IMG/VR virus record: IMGVR_UViG_3300028194_000749
Strand: one strand, 5' to 3'
Source: an uncultured virus (IMG/VR IMGVR_UViG_3300028194_000749)
Taxonomy: Duplodnaviria > Heunggongvirae > Uroviricota > Caudoviricetes
DNA length: 64,000 bases
How positions within the stretch are numbered: the first letter of the stretch is position 1; every line of letters begins with the position of its first letter. Shown piece by piece: positions 10,503 through 19,786 of the stretch. The notes under the pieces were generated by a model that was given only the letters and a program-made list of their open reading frames with translations, ran no database searches and had not been told where the DNA came from. The translations under genes and the position numbers were made by a program.

Positions 10503-11036
10503 ATGGATGACAAACCACTCCGGAGGCGCATCCTCGTGCCTATTAAATCTTCTGAACCCGAAGACTCGGAAGACACCGCCAGATTAGGATTGTTAAACTG
10601 GTTAAGTATTTCACAAAATCCTTTAATTTCGGGAGATACTATGAAAGCCTTTATTCCAAAAAACTTACATACCAATCTTATTGCTGACGATGAAGTAATA
10701 GTGAGGAACAATCCTATGTTATTTCCTACCCAAACTACCCATGCCGATACTTTAGAGGAATTACAATCCTACCTTATCAATCATATTATTGCAGGCGTTA
10801 AAACTGCTTACTCCACTGCTTCTACATGGCTTCGGGTGAATATCAATTTGAAGTGGCTGCAAACCACTGAAGGAACACAATATGAAACTTATTATAATTT
10901 AATAGAAACTGAATCATCTAACACCGTAGCCAGAATTATAGTTTCGCACCCAGAAACCTCGTTTGAGCATCTAAAAGATGGATTAGATATTTTCTTTGAA
11001 AATAGTTTTGAAGTAAATACTGCCGCTACCGAATGA
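10503..11036 (+). CDS. Hypothetical protein
   Basis: Promoter at 10472. Confidence 0.6.
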   Translation: MDDKPLRRRILVPIKSSEPEDSEDTARLGLLNWLSISQNPLISGDTMKAFIPKNLHTNLIADDEVIVRNNPMLFPTQTTHADTLEELQSYLINHIIAGVKTAYSTASTWLRVNINLKWLQTTEGTQYETYYNLIETESSNTVARIIVSHPETSFEHLKDGLDIFFENSFEVNTAATE

Positions 11037-11074
11037 TATGAAGTTTTAAGTAGTTCTTGGGTGATATGATATTT

Positions 11075-11383
11075 ATGACCCTCAAAACCTTTGAGATGGA
11101 AAAACAGAAATTGGATGAATTAGTTGAGGCATCAGCCCCCGGTGGAGTTTTTGAAAACCGAATGTTATTCCATATTTTATCACAACTACAAACCATGGGC
11201 TATGCTTGGCGAGATGAGTGGAGTGTTGTGCTATATCATGGCGACCATGAGGGTTTGACTTCAGATGCTTATTCCGAATATCTTGACCGCAAAGCCAGTA
11301 ATGAAAAAGTTTGGTTTGATTCCGATGCTAATGATGGCCAAGGAAAAGTTTTGTTCACAGAACCAGTAGTAGAGGAGGAATAA
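11075..11383 (+). CDS. Hypothetical protein
   Basis: Start re-assigned 30 nt after promoter at 11045. Confidence 0.6.
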   Translation: MTLKTFEMEKQKLDELVEASAPGGVFENRMLFHILSQLQTMGYAWRDEWSVVLYHGDHEGLTSDAYSEYLDRKASNEKVWFDSDANDGQGKVLFTEPVVEEE

Positions 11384-11386
11384 TCC

Positions 11387-11539
11387 TTGAAACCCCGTCC
11401 TAAAACTTTGGATTGCCCTGCTTGTGGTTCACCCTATCATCGACAAACATTAAAACTTAAAGGCTCAATGTATGAGTGTGGTTGTGGATATGCAGTTTTG
11501 CTTGGCAAGACTCGACGCAAGACGAAACCCACACCATAA
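11387..11539 (+). CDS. 50-aa CPxCG Zn-finger microprotein (not in ORF track)
   Basis: GAGGAGG SD, TTG start, MKPRPKTLDCPACG..YECGCG. Confidence 0.6.
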   Translation: MKPRPKTLDCPACGSPYHRQTLKLKGSMYECGCGYAVLLGKTRRKTKPTP

Positions 11540-11577
11540 GGTCATACTTCATATAGGTGCTAACACATAGTCTACCC

Positions 11578-12285
11578 ATGGTTAGGGTAATTGTAGATTC
11601 TCACGAGCATGGTAGAATTAAAGCCATGGCAGAAATGGTTTTGAATGCTGAAGTTGAACCACTATCTTGTGGCGACTTTTGGGTTCAAGGCATTGGATAC
11701 GACGACCAAGCCGTTACAGTCATGGTAGAACGCAAAACATGGAGTGATGCTTACGGTAGTTTTAATTCCAAAAGACTTCAAGAGCAAGTCACTCGTTTGA
11801 TTCAAACCGCAGCCGAAGATTCTTCTTACCGACCTGTTTTGTTAGTTGAAGGTTCACCCAGAGATATTTACGGTGTCAATGGAGATAGAATCCGAGCACT
11901 TCAGCAACATCTTAACCGACTATCAGTAGAAAGTTTGCCAGTGATTTATACTGAATCCATTGATGAAACCTTCCGTTATCTTAACAGCATTGTTCATCGA
12001 GTTAAGTCAAAAGAGTTTGGTTCATTGGTTCGACCCGTAACTGTCGTTAGTTCTACTCGTAATCGTCATCATGCTTTGCTGGAACAAATACCCAAAGTAG
12101 GCCGCACCACAGGTAAGAAAATCCATGAAAAATATGATTCATTAGTTGATTTTGTTAATCGTTTTGCTGAAGACCCTGCTATTGGCTCACACACCAAAGC
12201 CTATGAAGCCATTTGTGCATTCTTAAATGAAGTGTGGCTCACCAAAGAATCAGAAGCCATTACTAAAATGGAGGTGTCGGAATGA
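11578..12285 (+). CDS. XPF/ERCC4-family structure-specific nuclease with HhH
   Basis: VDSHE, GDF, VERKTWSD, RLQEQ, LVEG, LEQIPKVG. Confidence 0.85.
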   Translation: MVRVIVDSHEHGRIKAMAEMVLNAEVEPLSCGDFWVQGIGYDDQAVTVMVERKTWSDAYGSFNSKRLQEQVTRLIQTAAEDSSYRPVLLVEGSPRDIYGVNGDRIRALQQHLNRLSVESLPVIYTESIDETFRYLNSIVHRVKSKEFGSLVRPVTVVSSTRNRHHALLEQIPKVGRTTGKKIHEKYDSLVDFVNRFAEDPAIGSHTKAYEAICAFLNEVWLTKESEAITKMEVSE

Positions 12286-13040
12286 AACTTAGTGCTAAAA
12301 TCCCAGTTACTACCATGAAGAATGTTATTTCTATTCTTGAAAAGGTATCTGAAGAAGCCATATTTACATTTAATTCACAAGGCTTGAGGGTCAAAACTGT
12401 TTGTGCTAATCGTTTTAAGTTAGTAGATTTGTGGGTTAAAGACACAGCCTTCAAAAATTACGACTGTGAAGAAGAGATTAAACTTGGTATTGTAGTAGAC
12501 CGTATCAAAGATATTACTAAAACCCTAACTGCTAAGGATGAACTTACCATAACCTACGAAAACGATAAGTTTTCTCTGGTCGCCAACGGTATTCGCCGTG
12601 TAATTAAACTTTTAAGATTAGAATACATGAATGAAGTCAAAGACCTTCCAGAGTTTGAATACACCTTTTCTTTAGAAACTTCTTCCAAAGAAGTTAGAGA
12701 TTTCCTCAAAACATTGGGTAAAACCGTAGCCTTTGATAGTATCATTCGTCAAGAAGGCACAGGTATGGAGATTATTTGGCGTTCCAAAAACGACGAAGAA
12801 CCTGTGGAGTGGAATCCAGACCTGAAATCTAAAGATGATGATGACAAACTAATTCGCACCTCAACTTTCGGTTCATTTTCTTCTACTTGTTATACTACTG
12901 AAGAAGTTTTAGCCGCCGTTGGAGGCACACAACGCTCACAAAGTCTTGTTGTTCAAGGAGGACAAGATATACCACTACGATTTGACTGGGAACCTTATGA
13001 GGGTGTTCGGGTTATCTCATTAGTAGCAAATAGGAAGTGA
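12282..13040 (+). CDS. pcn: Archaeal-type DNA sliding clamp PCNA
   Basis: 252 aa; N-term ..ISILEKVSEEAIFTFNSQGLRV..LVDL..AFKNYDCEEEIKLGI matches PCNA pattern; C-term VISLVANR. Confidence 0.85.
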   Translation: MKLSAKIPVTTMKNVISILEKVSEEAIFTFNSQGLRVKTVCANRFKLVDLWVKDTAFKNYDCEEEIKLGIVVDRIKDITKTLTAKDELTITYENDKFSLVANGIRRVIKLLRLEYMNEVKDLPEFEYTFSLETSSKEVRDFLKTLGKTVAFDSIIRQEGTGMEIIWRSKNDEEPVEWNPDLKSKDDDDKLIRTSTFGSFSSTCYTTEEVLAAVGGTQRSQSLVVQGGQDIPLRFDWEPYEGVRVISLVANRK

Positions 13041-13044
13041 AGAT

Positions 13045-13260
13045 ATGAAAAAAACCAAACCCACAAATTATGAAGCCGCCAAGAGAACAGTTATTGTTGG
13101 TGAAAAAGTTACTGCCGAAAACATGGTGACACGACTTATCGAAAATCGTCGTCGTGAAATCCCGACTAAACGAAGTCTGTCTGCCAAGATGAAAAAAGAC
13201 CCAGATTTTATCGTGATTTCTAATCAGCGTGGACCCACTATTTTTCAGCGTATCGCATAA
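13045..13260 (+). CDS. Small basic, probably DNA-binding protein
   Basis: K/R rich, helix-turn-helix-like. Confidence 0.5.
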   Translation: MKKTKPTNYEAAKRTVIVGEKVTAENMVTRLIENRRREIPTKRSLSAKMKKDPDFIVISNQRGPTIFQRIA

Positions 13261-13341
13261 AATCACTCGTCCAAAAAATAGCCGCAGCGAAACCTTAAGT
13301 AGTTGATACGAGATACATTAAAATCCGCAGGAGAACTTATT

Positions 13342-15369
13342 ATGAGCCAATTTGAATCAGACCCCACAGCCTTCCATTTGTCAGAACATTTTATCACTAA
13401 GTTCAAGAGGAAAAAAGCCCCATTTGGATTTAATGGTTTAGGAGAATTGGTCTACAACAGAACCTATTCCAGACTCAAAGAAGATAATAAAAATGAACAA
13501 TGGTGGGAAACGGTTCAGCGAGTTGTTGAAGGCACTTTTAATATGCAGAAACGCCACATTGATGCTAACGGCTTAGGTTGGAATGCTTGGAAAGCCCAAC
13601 ACTCGGCTCAACAAATGTATGACCGTATCTTTAACATGAAGTTTTTACCACCCGGTCGAGGTTTGTGGGCTATGGGAACACCCATTACCGAAGAAAAAGA
13701 ACTTTTTGCTGCTTTGAATAATTGTGCATTCGTTTCTACTGAATCCCTTGCTGCTGAGTTTTCTAAACCTTTTTGTTTTCTTATGGATGCTTCTATGCTC
13801 GGCGTAGGAGTCGGGTTTGATACCAAAGGGGCAGAAAAACTTGTTCTTAAGGGTCCTAATCCCTCTCGTCGTGATGAAGAGTTTGAGATTCCAGACACTC
13901 GTGAGGGTTGGGTAGAATCACTGCGCTTACTTTTGGATTCTTATGCTTTAGGAACTGGTCGTTTAGTGTTTGACTATTCTTTGATTAGAGCCGAAGGTGC
14001 ACCTATCCGTGGCTTCGGAGGAGAATCTTCTGGGCCTGCACCTTTGGTAGAACTCCACACTACTATTTCAGCGATTTTGGATGAACAAATAGGCCAACCT
14101 TTGAGCATCACTTCTATTGTAGATATTATGAATCTGATTGGCAAATGTGTAGTCGCTGGTAATGTGCGTCGCACAGCAGAAATTGTTTTCGGCGAACCTG
14201 ATTCCGAAGAATACCTTGACCTCAAGAATTACGAGGTTAATCCTCATCGTGCTACTTATGGTTGGACCTCAAATAATTCTATCTTTGCCACAACTGGTAT
14301 GGATTACGAACCCGCCGCCGAGCGCATACGCTACAACGGCGAACCCGGTTTTGCTTGGTTAGACAACATGAAAGCCTATGGGCGCATGGCAGACAAACCT
14401 AACCATAAAGACCATCGTGCCAAAGGAGGCAACCCTTGTTTAGAACAAACTTTAGAGTCCTATGAATTGTGTTGTTTGGTAGAAACTTTCCCTACCAATC
14501 ACGATTCCTTAGAAGATTACTTGACTACGCTCAAGTATGCTTACTTGTATGCTAAGACAGTGACTTTGGGTAAAACCCATTGGCCAGATACCAACCGAGT
14601 TATGCTTCGCAACCGTCGTATTGGATGTAGTATGAGTGGTATTGCACAATTCCTTGCTAACCGAGGCACAGGCGCACTTCAAGAGTGGATGGACAAAGGT
14701 TACGAACACATTCAGAAACTCGATAAAGAGTATTCCGATTGGATGGCAATTCCAGCCTCAATAAAAACCACTTCTATCAAACCATCTGGCACAGTTTCCT
14801 TACTTGCAGGTGCTACACCGGGAATCCATTTCCCAGAATCCAGATATTACATTCGTCGTATGAGGCTTGGTATCAATTCTAATCTTGTGCCAGCCTTAGA
14901 AAAAGCAGGATACAAACTTGAACCAGCCTTTGGTAGTGAAACCACAACTCTCGTCGTCGAGATTCCTGTTGATGTGGGCGAAGGTGTGCGAACATTAGAT
15001 AATGTTACTATGTGGGAGCAACTTGGGCTGGCTGCATTAGCCCAAAAATACTGGGCAGATAATCAAGTTTCATGCACCGTAACTTTTAGCCCCGAAACTG
15101 AAGGCCAACATATTGCCCCGGCTTTGGACTTGTTTCAATATCAACTCAAAGGTATTTCATTCTTGCCAAAATTAGACCATGGTGCTTATCCACAGATGCC
15201 TTATGAAACTATTGACGAAGCCACTTATATCAGCATGAAGGCAGGACTTAGCAAACTTTCTTTTGGCCGAGTCAAAGGCGAAGAGATTGCTATTGAGAGA
15301 TTCTGCGACAATGATATGTGTGAAATTGATTTCAATCCAGTGGATGTTGAAGAAATCCCTGAAGCATAA
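13342..15369 (+). CDS. nrdJ: Class II (B12-dependent) monomeric ribonucleotide reductase
   Basis: RTYSR, FLPPGRGLW, NNC, GNVRR, GEPG, NPCLEQ, ELCCLVE, TSIKPSGTVS; GGAG SD before ATG 13342. Confidence 0.93.
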   Translation: MSQFESDPTAFHLSEHFITKFKRKKAPFGFNGLGELVYNRTYSRLKEDNKNEQWWETVQRVVEGTFNMQKRHIDANGLGWNAWKAQHSAQQMYDRIFNMKFLPPGRGLWAMGTPITEEKELFAALNNCAFVSTESLAAEFSKPFCFLMDASMLGVGVGFDTKGAEKLVLKGPNPSRRDEEFEIPDTREGWVESLRLLLDSYALGTGRLVFDYSLIRAEGAPIRGFGGESSGPAPLVELHTTISAILDEQIGQPLSITSIVDIMNLIGKCVVAGNVRRTAEIVFGEPDSEEYLDLKNYEVNPHRATYGWTSNNSIFATTGMDYEPAAERIRYNGEPGFAWLDNMKAYGRMADKPNHKDHRAKGGNPCLEQTLESYELCCLVETFPTNHDSLEDYLTTLKYAYLYAKTVTLGKTHWPDTNRVMLRNRRIGCSMSGIAQFLANRGTGALQEWMDKGYEHIQKLDKEYSDWMAIPASIKTTSIKPSGTVSLLAGATPGIHFPESRYYIRRMRLGINSNLVPALEKAGYKLEPAFGSETTTLVVEIPVDVGEGVRTLDNVTMWEQLGLAALAQKYWADNQVSCTVTFSPETEGQHIAPALDLFQYQLKGISFLPKLDHGAYPQMPYETIDEATYISMKAGLSKLSFGRVKGEEIAIERFCDNDMCEIDFNPVDVEEIPEA

Positions 15370-15370
15370 C

Positions 15371-15380
15371 TATAAGTAAC
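15371..15380 (+). promoter_or_regulatory. TATA-like promoter (TATAAGTAAC) upstream of a stem-loop rather than an ORF
   Basis: Exactly 30 nt before the first base of the 13-bp inverted repeat. Confidence 0.55.
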
Positions 15381-15400
15381 AGATACAACAATTATACTAC

Positions 15401-15470
15401 TGGAGTCACCTACAACGATATTCACTTTCTTGGTATCAACCTCCCCTCACTTCGTAGGTGACTCCACCCC
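15401..15470 (+). ncRNA. Putative small stem-loop ncRNA
   Basis: Perfect 13-bp terminal stem TGGAGTCACCTAC (15401-15413) / GTAGGTGACTCCA (15454-15466) with a pyrimidine-rich loop. Confidence 0.5.
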
Positions 15471-15504
15471 AATCTTTAAGTATCGGTAGTGCTAACGGGT
15501 TAGT

Positions 15505-16473
15505 ATGGCAGATGTTGTAGAACTCATGGATTTTTGGCCAATGGATGATGATGAGAACATCGGATTCGTGGCAGCAGATAGTGATTTCCAACTTTGGTTG
15601 ATTTCTGGAATCGGAGTTGGCTTTGATGATATTTCTTATTCTGTCATTGATGGTCCTGATTCTTCAGGAATCTATGAACTAATTATGGATTATGAGGATT
15701 ATCTGAATCTTGCTGATTTGTATTCAGAATACTTGGAAACAGGATGGGCTGGATTAGAAGAAGAAGACTTTGATGAAGTTTTCGCTATGAACAATGAAGA
15801 AGGCAACGCCCCTATCCAAGACCCAATGGAGTTTGGAGAAATGGCTAACTGGACACCACTTGATGGCACACCCTCACTTAAGCGTCGCAAAGATGCTGAA
15901 GGCTCTGGCGAAATAAACATTGGTCCACTTTATGTTACCAAAAGGGTTCCAGTTTTGTTCAAACACGATTATGTTACAAAAGACTATCAATGGAGCACCG
16001 ATGAACCCTCATATTTGACAGACGACCAAGAAGAAGAACTGGTTGAGATTGTAGAACAAATTGTCGAAGGCTCTGATGAAGAAGAAGGCGACGAATCCTT
16101 TGATGAATATGATTACAAAGGTGATGTCATGTGGGATACTTACAAGGATGATGGAAGGTTTTACGATTTGATGGCAGAAGGAGCCAATCCCTCTGGTGGC
16201 GCAACAGGCGACCAAATTATCTCATGGGAACACAATGGACTTTCTTCTCCATCAGGACCTCCTTCTGATATTTTCTGGTCTGAAGATTTTAATGCTCAAA
16301 TGGGACACAGTAGATTCCAGAAATCAGATAACCCTCGTCGTGACATAGAAAGTTCTACTCGTCGCAAACTTAAGCAAGAAATGTTTTCAGATGTTTCTGG
16401 TGTAGTCAATACAAAAAATATGGCTATTGTTGGAATTGCAGGAATAGTTGGTTATTTGTTAGCGAGGAAGTAA
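15505..16473 (+). CDS. Acidic modular protein with C-terminal tail anchor
   Basis: KDAE, LMAE, FNAQ junctions; C-term MAIVGIAGIVGYLLARK. Confidence 0.7.
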   Translation: MADVVELMDFWPMDDDENIGFVAADSDFQLWLISGIGVGFDDISYSVIDGPDSSGIYELIMDYEDYLNLADLYSEYLETGWAGLEEEDFDEVFAMNNEEGNAPIQDPMEFGEMANWTPLDGTPSLKRRKDAEGSGEINIGPLYVTKRVPVLFKHDYVTKDYQWSTDEPSYLTDDQEEELVEIVEQIVEGSDEEEGDESFDEYDYKGDVMWDTYKDDGRFYDLMAEGANPSGGATGDQIISWEHNGLSSPSGPPSDIFWSEDFNAQMGHSRFQKSDNPRRDIESSTRRKLKQEMFSDVSGVVNTKNMAIVGIAGIVGYLLARK

Positions 16474-16474
16474 T

Positions 16475-16612
16475 ATGAAACAATTGGAATTAGTATTGGC
16501 TTGTGCTGAGTTAAAAACCAACCACATGAGTTATTTAGTTTCCAATGCTAATCAACGAGTCGAAGTATTGCATAATAAAATTACTGAACTTGTTGCCCGA
16601 CTCAATGATTAA
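16475..16612 (+). CDS. 45-aa coiled-coil microprotein (not in ORF track)
   Basis: GAGG SD; MKQLELVLACAELKTNH..LVARLND fills intergenic gap. Confidence 0.45.
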   Translation: MKQLELVLACAELKTNHMSYLVSNANQRVEVLHNKITELVARLND

Positions 16613-16647
16613 ATATCTTTAAGTATCAGCAGTTATATTATAATTGT

Positions 16648-16959
16648 ATGGACAAAGACTTACAAAAGTTTCAAGAAGAGTTAATGTTACTCATTGATGC
16701 TTTTATTACAGATACTTCGGAAGTCAAAGAAGTTATGGGTCGTGTTTCATCACAATTAGAAGATTTAGAAGAAGATATGGCTTATATCAACAAAGTTGTT
16801 CGTGATGGTAACGGTCGTCCTCCAGTTATGACTCGTATTGAAGTCATCGAAGAAAAACTTTCAACTTTGAAAGCAGTTCAAGATAAGTGGTGGCAAGTTT
16901 GGATGGCCGCAGTTCCGGGCTTAATAGCCTTGATAACCACTGGTGCAGTAGTAATGTAG
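16648..16959 (+). CDS. Coiled-coil protein with C-terminal TM
   Basis: Promoter at 16618; heptads, GNGRPP, C-term hydrophobic helix. Confidence 0.6.
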   Translation: MDKDLQKFQEELMLLIDAFITDTSEVKEVMGRVSSQLEDLEEDMAYINKVVRDGNGRPPVMTRIEVIEEKLSTLKAVQDKWWQVWMAAVPGLIALITTGAVVM

Positions 16960-17005
16960 GACTTGAAGACAAAGTTTTAAGTAGTTGATTGACAAATACA
17001 CACCT

Positions 17006-17452
17006 ATGCCTTATTCTGACCCCGAAAAAAAGAAACAATATCAGGATGCTTACAATAAAAAGTATTATCAAGATTACAAAAGTGCCAAAAACTTAGTTGG
17101 CAAAGCCACTCATGCTAAAAGTTTGCTTCGACAAAAGAAGCGAGATTTTCTATTGAAACAATTAGGCCATCAATGTCCAATCTGTGAAATTACTGATACC
17201 ACCGTTTTGCTTATCAAAACCACGCCTCAAACTTTTACTCGTAAGTGGGGAGATGCTTCTTACAAATCATTGTATGATTATTCTTGGGGCGACTTAGAAA
17301 CTATTTGGCCGACACTAAAGATAGTGTGTCAGGTTTGTGCTGAAAAGTCCAAACCAAAACACAAAAAAGCCTTGCAGGAAATGTTTGAGGAAAATCTACC
17401 CAGAGGCTATACCTTAGACGAAGATTTAACCAACCAAGACACGAATCTTTAA
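17006..17452 (+). CDS. Degenerate HNH-endonuclease-like Zn-binding protein
   Basis: MPYSDPEKKKQY N-term, LGHQCPIC..VCQVC; catalytic His not evident. Confidence 0.5.
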   Translation: MPYSDPEKKKQYQDAYNKKYYQDYKSAKNLVGKATHAKSLLRQKKRDFLLKQLGHQCPICEITDTTVLLIKTTPQTFTRKWGDASYKSLYDYSWGDLETIWPTLKIVCQVCAEKSKPKHKKALQEMFEENLPRGYTLDEDLTNQDTNL

Positions 17453-17476
17453 GTATCAAAGCAACGAGGTATAACT

Positions 17477-19144
17477 ATGGGCCATTATGTTATTCAAGCA
17501 CTTCTTGATGGAAACATTGTTTATCATAGAGAAACCCCTGTGAGGGCAGGAGTGGAAAATCTTATTAACGAAGGCATTTCACAATTATTTTCAGTAAGTG
17601 GTGGCAATCCCGGCAGAGATGCCGTAGTTGAAGTCTTGAGATATTATGATGAAGACCCAGTTCCCGAAGTAGAATTAGTTATTTTTGCAGATAGTGTCGA
17701 GGAAGTATTTTTTGAAGCCGAAGCATTGACTGAGGCTAAAGGCAAAGTTCGCACTATGTCTGGCAAGCCACATACACCACGCAAACTTAAGCAAGATTCA
17801 GGCATTAGTCCTGAAGAAGCGGCTCGTCGTATTGCTTTGAAATCAGAAACTCATGTTTTTGATGCAGATACTATGGAATGGGACATAGATTACTTAGAAT
17901 CTTATGAAACACCTTATGGCACCAAATTAGACGGTGTGCTGTATAATCCAACCACGGGAGAATCAGCCGAGTTTGAGGGTATAACTATTGAAACTTCAAT
18001 TCCAGACATAGACCCTATGTATGCTAACATGGAAGATATTCCGACTTACGAAGCCGAGAACGAAGATAACCTCGGACCCATGTTTATGGCCGAATCTAAA
18101 AGCACTATGCCTAAGATTCCTAAAGGAATAAAAACAGGTGGTTGGCAACAGGCTGCTTACATTTACTCAAACGGAGATATTTTTTCTATTGTAGATTACG
18201 AAGAAGTCTATGATATGCCGGTCTATGATATTTGGCATCATAGTGGCAATATACCCAAGATAGATGCGCCCAAAAACACATGGATTTATGATGATGAAGT
18301 AGAATCTTGGGATTGGGACAAGATTTTAGATAAGGCAAAAAATCAGGTCAATAAAGAGTATTATACACTCCGAGCCGAAGAGAAAAAGAACTGCGGTTGC
18401 GGTCAAGACCCCTGTAAGACTTATGGTGCAGAAACTTTTGAAGCCCCGAAATCCAAGACACTTTCACAATTAAAAGACACCTTGACAGCCAAAGACAGAA
18501 AAGCCTTTGATAACCAGAATTGGAGATATTGGGATAGCCCAGATTCAATTTGGAATGAACAACATACTTATCACCAGCGCATTACAGACAGACTCAAGAA
18601 AAACGGTTTCAAGAAAAGCGGTATGTCAGTAGAAACGATGATTAAGAAAATACCTTCTGCTTGGACAAGGTTTTACAACAAGTGGTGGGCTGTTGGAAAA
18701 TCAAACTTTGCATACTTTGGACATCCAAACCATATTGGTGCCAACATTTTTAATTGGTCGGATTTGTTAGATGTGGAGATTTGGACTAAGGATAACCAAA
18801 TTGTAATGGTATGGCAATTCAAACACCACGACCACGGTGATGCTTCTCCGTGGTTAGAACAAACCTTTACTCTGCCTACGAAATCCAAGCCAAAGACGGC
18901 TAAGAAAACTACAACTCGTAAAGCCAAGCCAAAGGCTGCTAAGAAATTAACGGCTAAGACTGGTCGTAAAGCACCCACACTTTCTGCTACTAAGCGAAAG
19001 ATTGGCACTCGAATGCGAGGCAACGACGGTAATATGTGGCAAGTCAAGAAATCTGGAAAATCTCAACGATGGATGGCTGGAGCCGAAACACAAACTCAAA
19101 CTTTCCATTCTTCTATTGATTCCAAGTTTGACGAATTACTGTGA
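17477..19144 (+). CDS. Modular mosaic protein with histone H1-like K/A/T tract and GNDGNMW module
   Basis: FEAE, FDAD, YEAE, FMAE, LRAE, YGAETFEA, AGAE junctions; CGCGQDPC; RKAPTLSATKRKIGTRMRGNDGNMWQVKKSGKSQRW. Confidence 0.7.
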   Translation: MGHYVIQALLDGNIVYHRETPVRAGVENLINEGISQLFSVSGGNPGRDAVVEVLRYYDEDPVPEVELVIFADSVEEVFFEAEALTEAKGKVRTMSGKPHTPRKLKQDSGISPEEAARRIALKSETHVFDADTMEWDIDYLESYETPYGTKLDGVLYNPTTGESAEFEGITIETSIPDIDPMYANMEDIPTYEAENEDNLGPMFMAESKSTMPKIPKGIKTGGWQQAAYIYSNGDIFSIVDYEEVYDMPVYDIWHHSGNIPKIDAPKNTWIYDDEVESWDWDKILDKAKNQVNKEYYTLRAEEKKNCGCGQDPCKTYGAETFEAPKSKTLSQLKDTLTAKDRKAFDNQNWRYWDSPDSIWNEQHTYHQRITDRLKKNGFKKSGMSVETMIKKIPSAWTRFYNKWWAVGKSNFAYFGHPNHIGANIFNWSDLLDVEIWTKDNQIVMVWQFKHHDHGDASPWLEQTFTLPTKSKPKTAKKTTTRKAKPKAAKKLTAKTGRKAPTLSATKRKIGTRMRGNDGNMWQVKKSGKSQRWMAGAETQTQTFHSSIDSKFDELL

Positions 19145-19153
19145 GGAGTTACC

Positions 19154-19282
19154 ATGATTAAGTATTGTGCCCAGTGCAATCGCCAGATACTACCCGGAGA
19201 AGCCACGGCTTCTCAACACGCCCGGCCGGTTCACTTGAGTTGTTTGAAGAATAACACATGGCAAGCCCCATGGAGATGCTAA
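19154..19282 (+). CDS. 42-aa CxxC..HxxC Zn-finger microprotein (not in ORF track)
   Basis: GAGGAG SD; MIKYCAQC..VHLSCL. Confidence 0.55.
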   Translation: MIKYCAQCNRQILPGEATASQHARPVHLSCLKNNTWQAPWRC

Positions 19283-19314
19283 ACTTTATATCGGTGACAA
19301 CCCTTAGACTAATC

Positions 19315-19692
19315 ATGCCTGCATGGGACGATTGGTTTAGAAACTTCTATTTGAACGAAGATATTTGGAATAATACCTCATTTCCGAGAGATTATTACCA
19401 GCAACCACAATCGCCGAAAACTTCTGGCTTTATCAAGAATCTAACCGAAACTTTGGAAGATATTAACCGCTTATTGGTGGCTTTGTTTGACAACAGTTTG
19501 CCTAAAGCACAAATACTTAATGAAAAGATTACTATTGATGACGATGGTTTGTTCCATTTAGAATTAGTAGTTCTTCGAGAAGGAGAGGACAAACCTCGCA
19601 CCTTCAAAGTTAATGTTCAAGAACTTTTGAAACCTCCGACAGACGACGATGAGGACGAAGATGAAGAAACTACTGATTACTTTACCGAGTGA
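19315..19692 (+). CDS. Hypothetical protein with acidic tail
   Basis: Start 30 nt after TTTATA at 19285. Confidence 0.55.
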   Translation: MPAWDDWFRNFYLNEDIWNNTSFPRDYYQQPQSPKTSGFIKNLTETLEDINRLLVALFDNSLPKAQILNEKITIDDDGLFHLELVVLREGEDKPRTFKVNVQELLKPPTDDDEDEDEETTDYFTE

Positions 19693-19786
19693 GCAACCTA
19701 TACTTAACTTTAAGTAGTTGTTAAGTGCTATATTGCGTTAGAGGGAACAGTGGGTTCCCTATGAATAACACAATAAGTGATACAAT

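Noticed and set aside
15401..15470. Canonical tRNA gene
   Set aside because: Too short, no D arm or anticodon arm; kept only as a putative ncRNA
17006..17452. Active HNH homing endonuclease / mobile intron
   Set aside because: Catalytic His/Asn not evident and no interrupted gene around it
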